From positions 157,852,001 to 157,916,000 of the forward strand of contig OZ360220.1 of assembly GCA_977017645.1 (NCBI GenBank): a DNA stretch of 64,000 bases, given 5' to 3'. The notes beneath the pieces are model-generated. The model made no database searches. It worked only from the letters and a program-made list of their open reading frames with translations, and was not told the DNA's origin. The position numbers were made by a program, and so were the translations under genes. Every line of letters starts with the position of its first letter. Position 1 is the first letter of the stretch. Origin of the DNA: Torpedo marmorata. Its lineage: Eukaryota. Shown here in pieces: positions 1 to 12,609 of this stretch.

Positions 1-1942
1 GGAAGAATATGGGAAAGTATCGGGTTATAAAATAAATTGGGATAAGAGTGAAATTATGCCCCTTGCTACAGGAGATAATACTCAGTGTCAAAGAGAAGCT
101 CAATTTAAATGGCCGACGAATGGTATAAAATATTTAGGTATATGAGTAGATAATAATTTAAATAATTTATATAGACTGAACTATTTACCTTTATTGAAGA
201 AAATTGGAGAAGATCTCAATAAATGGATAACGTTACCAATAACATTATTGGGTAGAGTTAATTGTGTTAAAATGAATATATTTCCTAGAGTACAATATTT
301 GTTTCAAACATTACCGATATTGTTACCACAAAAGTTTTTTCAAGAATTAAATAAATATATAACAAAGTTTCTTTGGAAGGGTAAGATGTCGAGGGTTTCT
401 TTAGAAAAATTAACATGGAAATTTGAGTTGGGAGGTTTACAGCTTCCAAATTTTAATAATTATTATAAAGCAGCTCGAACGAGATTCATTGCATCTTTCT
501 TTGAAGAAGGAGAGAAGTCAGCATGGATCAAAATAGAATTAGATAAGATAGGAGAAAAAATAACAGAAGATTTTATATATAAATGGGAATCTAAATTAAT
601 AATGGGTGAGAGAGAAACCCCTTTGTTGAAACATTTGATTAATATTTGGAATAAGATAAATATTGATGATGAAACGAGGGGACCTCTGTTATCAAAAATG
701 TCTTTGATCCAAAATCGACTTATTCCTTTTACAATGGTTAATCAACTTTTAAACATATGGTCTTGTAAAGGAATTAGATACATAGAATATTGTTATGAAG
801 GGGATAAATTAATGTCGTTTGAACAATTAAGGAATAAATATGGGATACAAAATAATACACTTTTTTGTTATTTTCAGTTAAGAGCATATCTAAGAGATAA
901 ATTGGGCCCAACAATGTTTTTACTGAAACCTAGTGGTATTGAAATTTTGATTCAGAATAGACACATAAAGAAATTTACTTCAGCCATGTATACTTTATTA
1001 CAAAAAGGAACTTCAAAAAGAGGGATTCATAGGTCTAGACAAAGATGGGAGATGGATTTGAATATTAATATTGACGAACGAAATAGGTCGGAGTTATGTC
1101 GAGATAGTATGACAAATACAATAAATGTTAGGTATAGATTGGTTCAATATAATTTTTTACATCAACTATATATTACACCACAGAAATTGAAAAGGTTAAA
1201 ATCAGACTTATCAGATCAATGTTTTAGATGTAATCAGGAAATAGGAACTTTTCTACATTCAACTTGGTCTGGCCCTAAAGTAAGACCTTTTTGGATAGAC
1301 TTAAAAATCTTTTTAGAGCAGATTATGGGAACTAAATTTCCACAAGATCCAACGTTGTTTTTATTAGGTAATATTGAGGGGATAAGACCTAAATTGATAT
1401 TAAATATGTATCAAAAAGAATTTTTTAAAATCGCATTAGCAGTAGCAAAAAAATGTATAGCAGTAACTTGGAAATCAGACTCCCATTTGGGTATGGAGCG
1501 GTGGAATACAGAAATGCGTAGTTGTATCCCACTTGAGAAGATTACATAACTTAAGAAACAAATAGGATGTATTTTTGAAAATTTGGCACCCATATTTACA
1601 AATTGTAGGAATAAATTTATAGATTTCTCCACCCTGAGTACCTCGTTAATCTCCTTGAGAGAATTAGGGGGAAAAAGTAACTAATTAGAACCGTGTTGTA
1701 TATAGGTGGCGACTTCTTGCCATCCAGGTTACTTTATCTTTCTTCATACATTTATTTTTATTTCTTTTCCTTTCTTTTCTTTCTTCCTTTCTGGGATTTT
1801 GGTTTGGGGGAGGGGGGGTTAGGATTTATACCATCATGTATAAATAAAGTAATAATAATAATTTAATATTTTATTATGTATTTTACAAATTATACATGTA
1901 TGGATGAAAATTTCTTAAATAAAATATTCCAAAAAAAAAAAA
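1..1942 (+). mobile_element. L1/Tx1-like LINE, 3' part (late RT to C-terminal zinc-knuckle region, 3'UTR, poly-A); continues left of window
   Basis: ORF 194-1549 has LPITLLGRVNCVKMNIFPR, GGLQLPNF and a CFRC...H knuckle typical of fish L1/Tx1 ORF2. Upstream IKYLGI is interrupted by TGA (~143). AATAAA near 1918 and A12 at 1931-1942. Confidence 0.85.
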
Positions 1943-3287
1943 CAGCGATGAAGTGTTTTGAAAGGCTGGTGTTGAAGCATATCAGCTCCTGTCTGAGCGG
2001 CGACATGGATACGTTCCAGTTTGCCTGTTGTAGCAACAGGTACAGGACGGATGCCATTTCACTGGCTCTACACAAAGCCCTCGAACACCTTGACAGTAAA
2101 GATGCATTCATCAGGATGCTCTTTATCGACTACAGTTCGGCATTTAACATCATCATCCCCTCAAAACTGATCAGCAAGTTCCAAGACCTGGGACTCAACA
2201 CCCCACTCTGTAATTGGATCATGGATTTCCTCACCTCCAGACCACAATCAGTGAGGATTGGTAAGAACATCTCCTCCACAATCTCCATCAGTACCGGAGC
2301 ACCACAGGGCTGTGTTCTTAGCCCCCTGCTCTACTCACTTTACACCTATGACTGTGTAGCTCGGTGCGACAATAACACCATCTACAAATTTGCCGACGAT
2401 ACCACGGTAGTGGGTTGTATAAAGAAAGGTGATGAGTCAGCATACATGAGGGAGATTTAAAACTTGGCTGAATGGTGCACCAACAACAACTTTGCACTCA
2501 GTGTCACCAAAACTAAGGAGCTGATTGTTGACTTCAGGAAGGGAAAGCCAGAGGTATACAATCCAGTGATCATTGGGGGATCCGGAGTGGAGAGGGTGAG
2601 CAAATTTAAGTTATTGGGAGTCACTATCTTGGAAGATCTTCCTGGACCCAACACACTAATGTCATCATGAAGAAAGCACGTCAGCGCATCTCCTTCCTCA
2701 GGAGTTTGCAGAGGTTTGGTATGACACCAGAAACCCTGGCAAATTTCTACAGATGTGGGGTGGAAAGTGTGCTGACCGGCTGCATCATGGTCTGGTATGG
2801 GAACACCAATACCCCTGAGTGTAAAGCTCTGTAAAAGGTAGTGAACATCACAGGCAAAATCCTCCCCACTATTGAGAACATCTACAGGGAACGCTGCCGT
2901 CGGAGAGCATCAGCAATCATCAAGGATCCACACCACCCAGCACACGCTCTGTTCTCGCTGCTGCCATCAGGAAAGCGGTATAGGTGCCACAAGACTCACA
3001 CCACCAGATTCAGGAACAGCTGATACCCCTCCACCATTGGACTCCTCAACAACAAACTCTTACTTGTGCACTTTATTGATTTTCTTTATTCTCTCTGTAT
3101 TGCACAGTCAGTTTGTTTACATTTGTTATCTGTTTACAGTTCTTTATTTGTTTACATGTATACGCTGTGTACAGTTTTTTCTTGCACTACCAGTAAGTGG
3201 TAATTCTGCCCCGCCCGCAGAAAAAAGAATCTCAGGGTTGTATGTGATGTCATGTATGTACTCTGACAATAAATCTGAAATCTGAAT
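1943..3287 (+). mobile_element. Rex1/Babar-type LINE, truncated and degenerate (RT to 3' tail)
   Basis: MKCFERLV...[11 protein letters not shown]...[17 protein letters not shown]...KFADDT, then IIKDPHHPAHALFSLLPSGKRYR. Tail GACAATAAA followed by TCTGAAA repeats. Confidence 0.85.
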
Positions 3288-3679
3288 AAAAGTGTGCAAT
3301 GTCATGACAGGTGAAAGACAGGAGAAATAAAGTTAAGCTATTCCCATTAACAAGTGATTCAGGGACAGAACAAATGATACAAAGATGGGCAAATGATTGG
3401 GGTAGGGTATTTGATGGAAAATATTATTTTGTAGAGTGGTTGTGATTTGGAACTCCCTGCCTTTCAGGATGATGAAAACATATTTAATCAGGGTCTGTAA
3501 GCCAAGAGAAAATAATTTCAAGTGCTAGGGGAGAAAGGGACAGAATGGATTGCTCTTTCAGGAACTGGCATGGACTTGATGGGCCGAGTGGCCTCTTCGT
3601 GTGCATTAACAATTTTAAATTCTAAACATGTTGGAAAGAAGTTCAATACAATTTAGGTGTCAGCAACGTTAACGTATTG

Positions 3680-3908
3680 TAAACACACTCTACTGCAGGA
3701 TGTCAGTGGGTCACGCAACAAGAGTGGGAGAACAAGACTAGGCAACCTTTCAAACCAAAGTCTTTTATCGAGGCCAGTCTCAATCAAGGGTTCCAGCGCA
3801 AAATCGACCATTATTTTTGTCCCACTGATGCTGCTTGACCCGCTGAGTTCTCCAGCAGATTGCGTGGAGCTTCAGTTCCAGCATCTGCAGTCTCTTGTGT
3901 GTCTCCAG
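3680..3908. mobile_element. Penelope-like-element-derived inverted terminal pair (degenerate)
   Basis: + arm GATGCTGCTTGACCCGCTGAGTTCTCCAGC matches the 3' terminus of the GIY-YIG element at 34439-35281. A decayed - arm lies at ~3680-3770. Confidence 0.6.
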
Positions 3909-3910
3909 TT

Positions 3911-4741
3911 CAAGATGGCGGCGCTGCCGGAGCCGCTGTAACGGATCCGCGGGGAGCAAGGGAGCAGAGACGCAGCGCTCCCATGGGGTCCAGCCACCCA
4001 GTCGACTACCGTCGGCTCGCACGGGCTTTGAACGGCCCGTTGAGTGAGTCGACGGTGGTTTTGTTTGAGATCCCGCGACTGCGCCCAAGATGGCAGCGCC
4101 TATTAATCAGCAGCAGCCACGAGGGGCTGCAGACCCCGGGGAAGTGGAGGACTGGAGCAGGGCACCAGAGGACGGAAAGGTCACCCCCCTGTCTGAGATG
4201 GAGAAGCGGAGGAGAGGACCCACGGGATGGTGACCACGGCGGCGGACCAGTGAGGGGCTCTGAGGCTGAAGGACCAGTGCATGCGGCGGGCTGCTGGTGA
4301 CTCGAGGCAAGGAACCCACGGAGGCTGTGGGCTGCTGGATACTGCTGTCGGGAGACTCGTGCCGGGCTGCGGACTGCTGGAGACTGGCTCGAACTGGCTG
4401 GAGGAGTACCAGGTATCGGAACCGGGATGCGAGGGGGTGCCGAGGGCGCTGAAGGGTTCCTGACCGTGTCGGAGGTTCGGATCTGGAGCTCGGGTTGCCA
4501 ATGGTTTGGACTGGACTCTGTGTGGCTGCGGAGGCTGCGGAAGCTCTGGAGGCAAAACTACGGACACTCGGTGACTCTGGGGGGACTCTCTTTTGCTTCT
4601 CTTTCTCTGACTGTAAGGAATGTTAGAGGCGCTTAAGCAATTTCTGCCGGTGGCGAATCTGTCTGCCTTGCAGCAGGCAAAAAGAAATTTCATGTAATAT
4701 GACACTGTTTTATTACTATGACAATAAATTGAATCTTGAAT
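3911..4741 (+). mobile_element. ~0.8 kb GC-rich non-autonomous retroposon, copy 1
   Basis: Starts CAAGATGGCGGCG and ends ATGACAATAAATTGAATCTTGAAT. Closely similar to copies at 14587, 15956 and 27095. Confidence 0.9.
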
Positions 4742-5062
4742 TAGTATTCCTCCTCCTAGATGATGGTCATGTTAACGTTAATCTTATCTTTTACATATTT
4801 TTGTTTTCCAACACAATAAAATGTATGAGTTCTTTTCACTATATGTTTACATCCTCCAAACATTAGCTTGGATCGCAGTTGGCAATGAGGGACCAATTTG
4901 TTAGGCAGTAATTAGCACATGATTAAGAGCACAAGGCTGAGTACATTTAGTTTGTAAACTGAAAGTCCTCACAAGTTTACTGACTTTGCTGATCGTACCT
5001 CAGAAGGCTACCACAACACACCCTGTGGTGGGGCTGGGAATCACTGACAGCAACTCTAGTGT

Positions 5063-5515
5063 TCAGAATCAGAATCAGAATCAGAATTTATTGTCATGAA
5101 CAAGTCATGAAATTCGGTGTTTTGCGGCAGCATCATTGTGCAATTAACATTCATATTAATCATCTAACGACATTACTATAAAAAATTATAAACAATAGTG
5201 CACGAAAAGTAAGGCAGTGTCTTTGGTTCATTGATTATTCAGGAATCTGATGGCAGCGGGGAAGAAGCTGTCCTTGTGCCGTTGAGTGCTCAGCTTTAGG
5301 CTCCTGTACCTTTTTCCCGATGGAAGCAGAGTGAAGAGGGCATGGCCTGGGTGGTGGGGGCCTTTGAGGATAGAGGCTGCTTTTTTAAGACACCACCTCA
5401 TGTAGATGTCCTCGATGGAGTGAAGTTGGTGCCTGTGATGTCACAGGCCGAGTTAACAACCCTCTGGAGTTTACTCTTTTCCTGGGAGTTTGCGCCTCCA
5501 TACCAGGCAGTGTTT
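5063..5515 (-). mobile_element. Rex1/Babar-type LINE 3' fragment
   Basis: The - strand ends GAATTTCATG...ATGACAATAAA plus (TTCTGA)n. Body resembles the Rex1 C-terminal region (KDPHHPGHALFTLLPSGKRYR). Confidence 0.75.
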
Positions 5516-5548
5516 CCACATTTACCAGTATAAATGTGTGCTTCACAC

Positions 5549-5885
5549 TTAGAGTAAATGAAAGTAGGCTTTTTCCACTGAGGGTAGGTGAGATAAAACC
5601 AGAGGACATGGGTTAAGTGTGAAAGGGGGGAAGTTTAGGGGGAACATTCAGGGGAATTTCTTCACACAGAGAGTGGTTGGGAGTATGGAACGAGCTGCCA
5701 GCTGAAGTGGTGAATGTGAGCTCAATTTTAACACTTAAGAAAAATTTGGACAAGTGCATGGATGGGAGGGGTATGGAGGGATATGGAACGGGTGCAGGTC
5801 AGTGGGACTAGGCAGAATAATAGTTTGGCATAGACTAGAAGGGCCGAAGGGACTGTTTTCTGTGTTGTAATGTTCTATGGTTCTA
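5549..5885 (+). mobile_element. CR1 LINE 3' fragment
   Basis: Near-identical to the 3' end of the CR1 at ~11940-12280; TTCTATGGTTCTA tail. Confidence 0.85.
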
Positions 5886-6112
5886 AATTGCTGTCACACT
5901 TCCACTGTCGTACCAGCTAATGGGCTCACCATCATTCTCATTGAAAATTCCAGGCCACTATCATTTGCAATGATCTGCAGTCTTAACTGCAAATCTTTCT
6001 GCTGCTGGAGACATTTAGCCTACCCATTGGAATTTATGAATGTGTGCTGAATAGTTTGTCTTCACCAAAGGTGAGGGGCATCAGTGGGTTTCATACTGTC
6101 AATCAGCCAATC

Positions 6113-6330
6113 TCAAACAACAGAGAACGTGCTGGAGCAACTCAGCAGATCACGCAGCATCCACGGGAAGTAAAGGGTAATCAACGTTTCGGGCTTGGGT
6201 CCTACCCGCCCAAAACGTTGGTTACCCTTTACTTCCCATGGATGCTGCGTGGCCTGCTGAGTTTCTCCAGCAAATTTATGTATTGCACTCAACCCCAGCA
6301 TCTGCAGACTTTTTTGTTTAACCTCAAACA
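6113..6330. mobile_element. Palindromic Penelope-derived mini-element (head-to-head terminal repeats)
   Basis: ~6131-6195 is the near-perfect reverse complement of ~6209-6271 (GCTGGAG...CAACGTTTCGGGC / GCCCAAAACGTTG...CTCCAGC). Confidence 0.8.
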
Positions 6331-6459
6331 ATAGAGGCTAGAATTATGAACTGGTGTTCAGCATTGGTCCGTGTGAAACACCTGGAGTTTCTCTAGTTTT
6401 GTTGTGTTATATGATGAAAAATTCAGCAAGTCTGATAACAAAAGAACAGCGTAGTTGGT

Positions 6460-7720
6460 GCAAACAATGATGCTGGAGGGACTCAACAGGTCAGGCAGCA
6501 TCCATAGGTTGAAATGATCAGTCAACATTTCGGGTCTGGACCCTTTATCACCACAAGAGTAAAAAGGAGGTGATATTACGTAAGGGAAGGGGGAAAGAAT
6601 CTGGGGAGGAGGTGAGGTGATCGGGTATTGGACAAGTTGGGAGGGGTGGAACGGTAGGAAGAGGGAGAGAGCATTAACGTGGGGCAGGAGTAATACAGGA
6701 GTAGTTAAAGAAGAGATGAAAAAACATGAAGGCTGAGTACAGGGTTAATGGTCGGATACTTAACAGTGTGGATGAACAGAAGGACCTTGAAGTCCAAATC
6801 CATACATCTCTCAAGGTTGCCACACAGGTTGATAGGATAGTTAAGAAGGCCTATGGGATGCTGGGCTTCATTAGTCAGGGGATTGAGTTCAAGAGTCGAG
6901 AGGTCATGTTGCAACTCTACAAATCTCTTGTGAGTCCACACTTCGAGTAGTGTGTTCCATTCTGGTCACCTCATTATAGGAAGGATGTGGAAGCTATGAA
7001 GAGGATGCAGAGTATATTTTATCAGTGTGTTGCCTGAATTGGAAAAATAAGTCTTATGAGGCAAGGTTAGCAGAGCAAGGACTTTTCTCTTTGAAGCGTT
7101 GAAGGATGAGAGATGACTTAATAGAGGTCTACAAGATTCTGAGAGGCATAGATAAGGTGGAGAGCCAGCGCCTTTTCCCCTGGACAGGAATAGCAAGCAC
7201 CAGAGGACATATGTACAAAGTGAAGGAAGGAAAGTTTAGAGGAGATATCAGGGATGTTTTTTACACAGAGAGTTGTGCCTGGAATGCCTTGCCAGGGGTG
7301 GTGGTGGAGGCTGAAACATTAGGGGCAATTAAGAGACTCTTAGGCAGGCACATGGACGAAAGAAAAATAGAGGGTTACGAGGTAAGAAGAGTTTCGTATT
7401 TTTTTGGAAGGAATATATAGGTCGGCACAACATCGAGGGCCGAAGGGCCTGTTGTATGTTCTATGTTCTATGAAAACAGTAGAACCAGATAAAGGTGAGC
7501 GTTACCTAAAATTAGAAAAATTATGAACATTGATTACCAGTACCTATCACTTATTAGCTCTTTCTTGCCCCTCCCTTCTCCTGGCTATCTTTCCTCTCCA
7601 CTCTCAATACTGATGCAGGATCTCGACCTGAAACGTCAACAATTCTGTTCTATACATTGATGTTGCTCTGAATTCCTCCAGCAGTTTGTTTTTTGTTCCC
7701 TATTGCTGACATTAGGCTGA
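6460..7720. mobile_element. Penelope-derived inverted-terminal element interrupted by a CR1 fragment
   Basis: - arm from ~6465 (GATGCTGGAGGGACTCAACAGGTCAGGCAGCATC...CATTTCGGGTCTGGACCCTTTATCA) followed by a purine-rich tract. + arm 7530-7720 contains CTGATGCAGGATCTCGACCTGAAACGTC. Confidence 0.65.
6726..7472 (+). mobile_element. CR1 LINE 3' fragment (same subfamily as 20147-22420, 23818-24308, 26521-31575)
   Basis: EYRVNGRIL..VDEQKDL..QIHTSLKV, RDDLIEVYKILRG; (GTTCTAT)n tail. Confidence 0.9.
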
Positions 7721-8004
7721 CAGTCTCTGATTTCTTTCTCCCTCCTCTCATGAATAATGAGGGAGCATTGCCACTCCCCTAAACCACAGGAACAATTCCA
7801 GGATCTATGGAACTTTGGGTGATAATTAGAGCATCCACAACCTCTAAGCCACTTTTTCCAAATCTCTTGATACGTGGCTGCTGCTTCACTGAACAAAATC
7901 TTGGAAAATATGCAGGAGCACCTCACAAGTGTCTATTGATTTTCCTTCAGCTACTTGTGTTTAATGCTTTTCCAGCTTGCATTAAGGACATGCAAATTTC
8001 CTAG

Positions 8005-8135
8005 AGAGAGCAGAGAAGGTTCCAGCCTGAAATATCGACCAATCTTTTTCTCCCACGGATGCTGCTCGACCAGCTGAGTTCCTCCAGCAGACCGTGTTTT
8101 TCCTCAGATTCTAGCATCTGCAGTCTCGTATGTTC
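8005..8135 (+). mobile_element. Penelope-derived terminal fragment
   Basis: GAAATATCGAC...GGATGCTGCTCGACCAGCTGAGTTCCTCCAGCAG...GCATCTGCAGTCTC. Confidence 0.65.
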
Positions 8136-8344
8136 CCAAGAATAAATATTAGGCACCCACAATTCGCAATGCAGACTATTGTCCAGCTGAAGTAATTACC
8201 AGACATGGTACAAGACTTAATTGAAAATGATAGGCTCATTTATGGACTACTATTATAATTTTAAGATTTAGTGTTGTTCTGGAATTTTGGTACTGTGGTG
8301 TCCCTCTCCAAGATGGTATTGCTTGATTTATATACCATGTCAAT

Positions 8345-8572
8345 TTTCAACCTTGCTCAGAGGAAGGGGTTTTGAAATTTTTAAACTTTTTTTCCTTTTT
8401 TTTTTCTTTTGTGTTTTTTTTGTTGTTATTTCATTATTAAGAATGTGCTCTGGATTCTTTAATTATGATCATACTTGTAATTTTTTCTTCTAATTTTGTA
8501 GCACATTGTATAATTGTACCGTTCAATTGCTTATACTTTAAATACCAATAAAAATATTTAAAAAGAAAGAAA
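8345..8572 (+). mobile_element. Probable L1/Tx1-type 3'UTR remnant
   Basis: T-rich tract followed by AATAAAAATATTTAAAAAGAAAGAAAA, similar in style to the 3'UTR at 1730-1942. Confidence 0.4.
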
Positions 8573-8689
8573 ATGATATTATGGCTTGCTTCATAAATAG
8601 TAATATTTGTTCTTGTATGTTATATGATAAAGACACAAAATGTGCAAACGTGCAGCTGCTTTTTCACTAATGTGCTTCAACAATTGATA

Positions 8690-11600
8690 ACCATCAACAA
8701 TAAGTAGACCGTTTTGGATACTGTTGGTGGGGACGACCTACCAAGGACAAGTTGTAGTGGTCACGTCTCTGGCACAGAGATTGGACCCTCAGCTCAGAAA
8801 GGAAGGAGGGAAAAGAGGAGAGCAGTAGTGATAGGGGATTCGATAGTTAGGGGGACAGATAAGAGGTTCTGTGGGAGAGATCGAGAATCCCGGATGGTCT
8901 GTTGCCTTCCTGGTGCCAGTGTCCGCGATATCTCGGATCGAGTTATCGGTATTCTCAGGAGGGAGGGTGAGCAGCCAGATGTCGTGGTCCATGTAGGGAC
9001 CAATGACATGGGTAGGAAGGATGAGGAGGTCCTGCAAAGAGAGTTTAGGGAGTTAGGTGCAAAGTTGAAGGACAGGACTTACAGGGTTGCGATCTCAGGA
9101 GTGCTACTCGTACCACGTGCTAGTGAGGCTAGAAATAGGAAGTTAATGCAGCTAAATACGTGGCTAAAGAGGGAGGGCTTCATGTTTCTGGACAGTTGGG
9201 CTCTGTTCCAGGGAAGGTGGGATCTGTTCCGACAGGACGGTTTGCACCTGAACTGGAGGGGACTAACATCCTTGCAGGTAGGTTTGCTAGTGCTGCACCA
9301 GGGGGTTTAAACTAGATCTGCAGGGGGATGGGAACGAGAGAGTTAGAGCAGATAGTGAGGTGGAGGATGATAAAGGTCATGCGAGGACTGCATGTATAGA
9401 CAGAAATCAAAGGTTTGTACGTGATAGAAATGTTCTCAGGTGTATTTATTTCAATGCAAGGAGTATTGTCAGAAAGGCAGACGAGCTTAGGGCGTGGATT
9501 GGCACGTGGGATTACGACATTATTGCTATTAGTGAGACTTGGTTGCAGGAGGGGCAGAACTGGCGGCTTAATGTTCCGGGGTTCTGTTGTTTCAGACGTG
9601 ATAGAGGGGGAGGGATGAAAGGGGGAGGAGTGGCATTGCTAGTCAGGGAAAATATCACAGCTGTGCTTAGACAGGACAGCCCAGAGGGCTCGTCTACAGA
9701 GGCCATATGGGTGGAGCTGAGGACGGGAAACATGTGACCACACTGATAGGGTTGTATTATTGACCACCCAATAGTCAGAGAGAATTGGAGGAGCAAATTT
9801 GTAGAGAGATAGCAGACCGATGTAAGAAACAGAGAATTGTGATAGTAGGAGATTTTAACTTTCCACATATTGACTGGGCTGGATGGCTTGGAGTTTGTCA
9901 AATGTGTTCAGGAAAGTTTTCTAAATCAATATATAGAGGTACCAACAAGAGAGAATGCAATACTTGATCTCCTATTAGGGAACCAGAAAGGTCAGGTGAC
10001 AGAAGTATATGTAGGCGGATATTTTGGGTCCAGTGACCATAATGTCATTAGTTTCAAGTTAATTATGGATAAGGATAGGTCTGGTCCTCGAGTTGAGATT
10101 CTAAATTGGAGAAAGACCAATTTTGTGGAAATTAGAAAGGATCTAGGAAGAGTGGATTGGGATAAGATGTTTTCAGGCAAGGATGCATTCAGTCAGGCCA
10201 ACAAAGGCAAAATTTCGAGAGTGCAAAGTTTGCATGTTCCTGTCAGGATTAAAGGCAAAGTTAACAGGCATAGGGAAACTTGGTTTTCAAGGGATATTGG
10301 CGATCTGGTTAAGAAGAAGAGACAGGAATAGGCAACAAGGAGCAAATGAGGTACTAGAAGAGTATAGAAAATGTAAGAAAATACTTTAGAAGGAAATCAG
10401 GAAGGCAAAAAAAAGACATGAGGTTGCTTTGGCAGATAATGTGAAGGTAAACCCGAAGGGTTTCTACAAGTATATTAAGAGTAAAAGGATAGTAAGGCAC
10501 AAAATTGGTCCCCTAGAAGATCAGTGGTCATCTTTGTGTGGAGCCTCAGGAGATGGGGGAGATCTTAAACAGTTTTTTTGCATCAATATTTACTCAGGAA
10601 ACTGGCATAGTGTATAAGGAAGGAAGGGAAACAAGCAGTAATGTCATGGAACATATAGAGATTAAAGAGGAGGAGGTGCTTGCTGCCTTACAGCGAATAA
10701 AGGTAGATAAATCCCCCGGGCCTGACATGATATTCCCTCGGACCTTGAGGGAGACTAGTGTAGAAATTGCAGGGGCCCTGGCAGAAATATTTAAAATGTC
10801 CTTAGCCACGGGTGAGGTGCTGGAGGATTGGAGGGTAGCTCATGTTGTTCCGTTGTTTAAAAAAGGCTCCAAAGTAAAGCAGGAAATTACAGGTCGGTGA
10901 TCCTGACGTCAGTAGTAGGTAAATTATTGGAGGGTGTTCTGAGAGATCGGATATACAAGTATTTGGACAGCCAAGGGCTGATTAAGGATAGTCAGCATGG
11001 CTTTGTGCATGGTAAGTCGTGTTTAACGAATCTTGTAGAGTTTTTCGAGGAGGTTACCAAGAAAGTAGATGAAGGAGAGGCTGTGGATGTTGTCTACATG
11101 GACTTCAGTAAGGCCTTTGACAAGGTCCCACATGGGAGGTTAGTTCAGAAGGTTCAGACACTAGATATCCATGGAGAGGTTGTAAACTGGATTTGAAATT
11201 GGCTGAATGGGAGAAGACAGAGAGTGGTAGTGAATGATGGCTTCTCAGACTGGAGGCCTGTGATTAGTGGTGTACCTCAGGGATCGGTGCTGGGACCATT
11301 GTTGTTTGTTGTCTATATCAATGATCTGGATGATAATATGGTAAATTGGATCAGCAGGTTTGCTGATGACACTAAGATTGGAGGCATTGTGGACAGCAAG
11401 GAAGGCTTTACAAACCTTGCAGAGGGAACTGGATCAACTGGAAAAATGGGCCAGAAAATGGCAGATGGAATTTAATGCAGACAAGTGTGAGGTGTTGCAT
11501 TTTGGAAGGACAAACCAAGGTAGGACATACACAGTTAATGGTAGGGCACTGAGGAGTGTGGAGGAACAAAGGGATCTGGGAATACAGATACATAATTCTC

Positions 11601-12280
11601 TGAAAGTGGCGTCACAGGTGGACAGGGTTGTAAAGAAAGCTTTTGGCATCTTGGCCTTCATAAATCAGTATTGAGTATAGGAGTTGGAATGTTATGGTGA
11701 GGTTGCATAAGACATTGGTGAGGCCAAATTTGGAGTATTGTGTGCAGTTCTGGTCACCTAACTACAGGAAGGATATCAGTAAGATTGAAAGAGTGCAGAG
11801 AAGATTTACTAGGATGTTGCCTGGTCTTCAGCAGTTGAGTTACAGGGAAAGATTAAACAGGTTAGGACTTTATTCCTTGGAGCGTGGAAGAATGAGGGGA
11901 GATTTGATAGAGATTTACAAAATTATGAGGGGTATAGACAGAGTAAATGCGAGTAGGCTCTTTCCACTTAGATTAGGAGAGATAAATACGAGAGGACATG
12001 GCTTTAGGGTGAAAGGGGAAAGGGTTAGGGGGAACATTAGGGGGAACTTCTTCACTCAGAGAGTGGTGGGAGTGTGGAACGAGCTGCCATCTGACGTGGT
12101 AAATGCGGGCTCACTCTTAAGTTTTAAGAATAAATTGGATAGATACATGGATGGAAGAGATGTGGAGGGTTATGGACTGGGTGCAGGTCAATGGGACTAG
12201 CGGAATAATATTTCGGCACAGACTAGAAGGGCCGAATGGCTTGTTTTCTGTGCTGTAGTGTCTATGGTTCTATAGTTCTA
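8690..12280 (+). mobile_element. CR1 LINE, near-complete but frameshifted (ORF1 SGNH esterase; ORF2 APE endonuclease + RT)
   Basis: VIGDSIVRG and HVGTND (esterase); CIYFNARSI, IAISETWL, IVGDFNFP, SSDHN (APE); [30 protein letters not shown] (RT); CTATGGTTCTAT tail. Confidence 0.95.
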
Positions 12281-12507
12281 ATCATTCAGCTATTTAATTG
12301 TTTATCTTGTATTGTACCTTAGACCATAAGACATAGGAGCAGAAATAGGCTCCAAATAAAAATCCAAAATGCATTATATGGGATAGTTTGCTCTCCACTA
12401 CTCTTAAGTTGTGTCATTGAAGTGTTGGAATGCATTTGCTGCTGAGTTCTTACCTTGTGTTCCACTGAACACCATCACTACCATTACATTTTTGTCTTTG
12501 TTACAAG

Positions 12508-12609
12508 GAGGAACCCATAACGTTCAATGAAGACGTTTTTGTTTCACATCGCTCCAGTACCATGAGGCAGTTCCTACAGAGTGCCATTCAGCTGCAGCTC
12601 TTCAAACAG
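12508..12609 (+). CDS. dennd1a: DENN domain-containing protein 1A exon (EEPITFNEDVFVSHRSSTMRQFLQSAIQLQLFKQ), dDENN region
   Basis: tttttgtctttgttacaag| ... CAG|gtagga; 102 nt, phase 0-0. Matches remembered vertebrate DENND1A EEPITF...MRQFLQ...QLQLFKQ. Confidence 0.93.

Noticed and set aside
1876-2460. ORF apparently joining a novel N-terminus to an RT
   Set aside because: Read-through of an L1 3'UTR/poly-A into an adjacent Rex1 fragment; an artefact of the junction.
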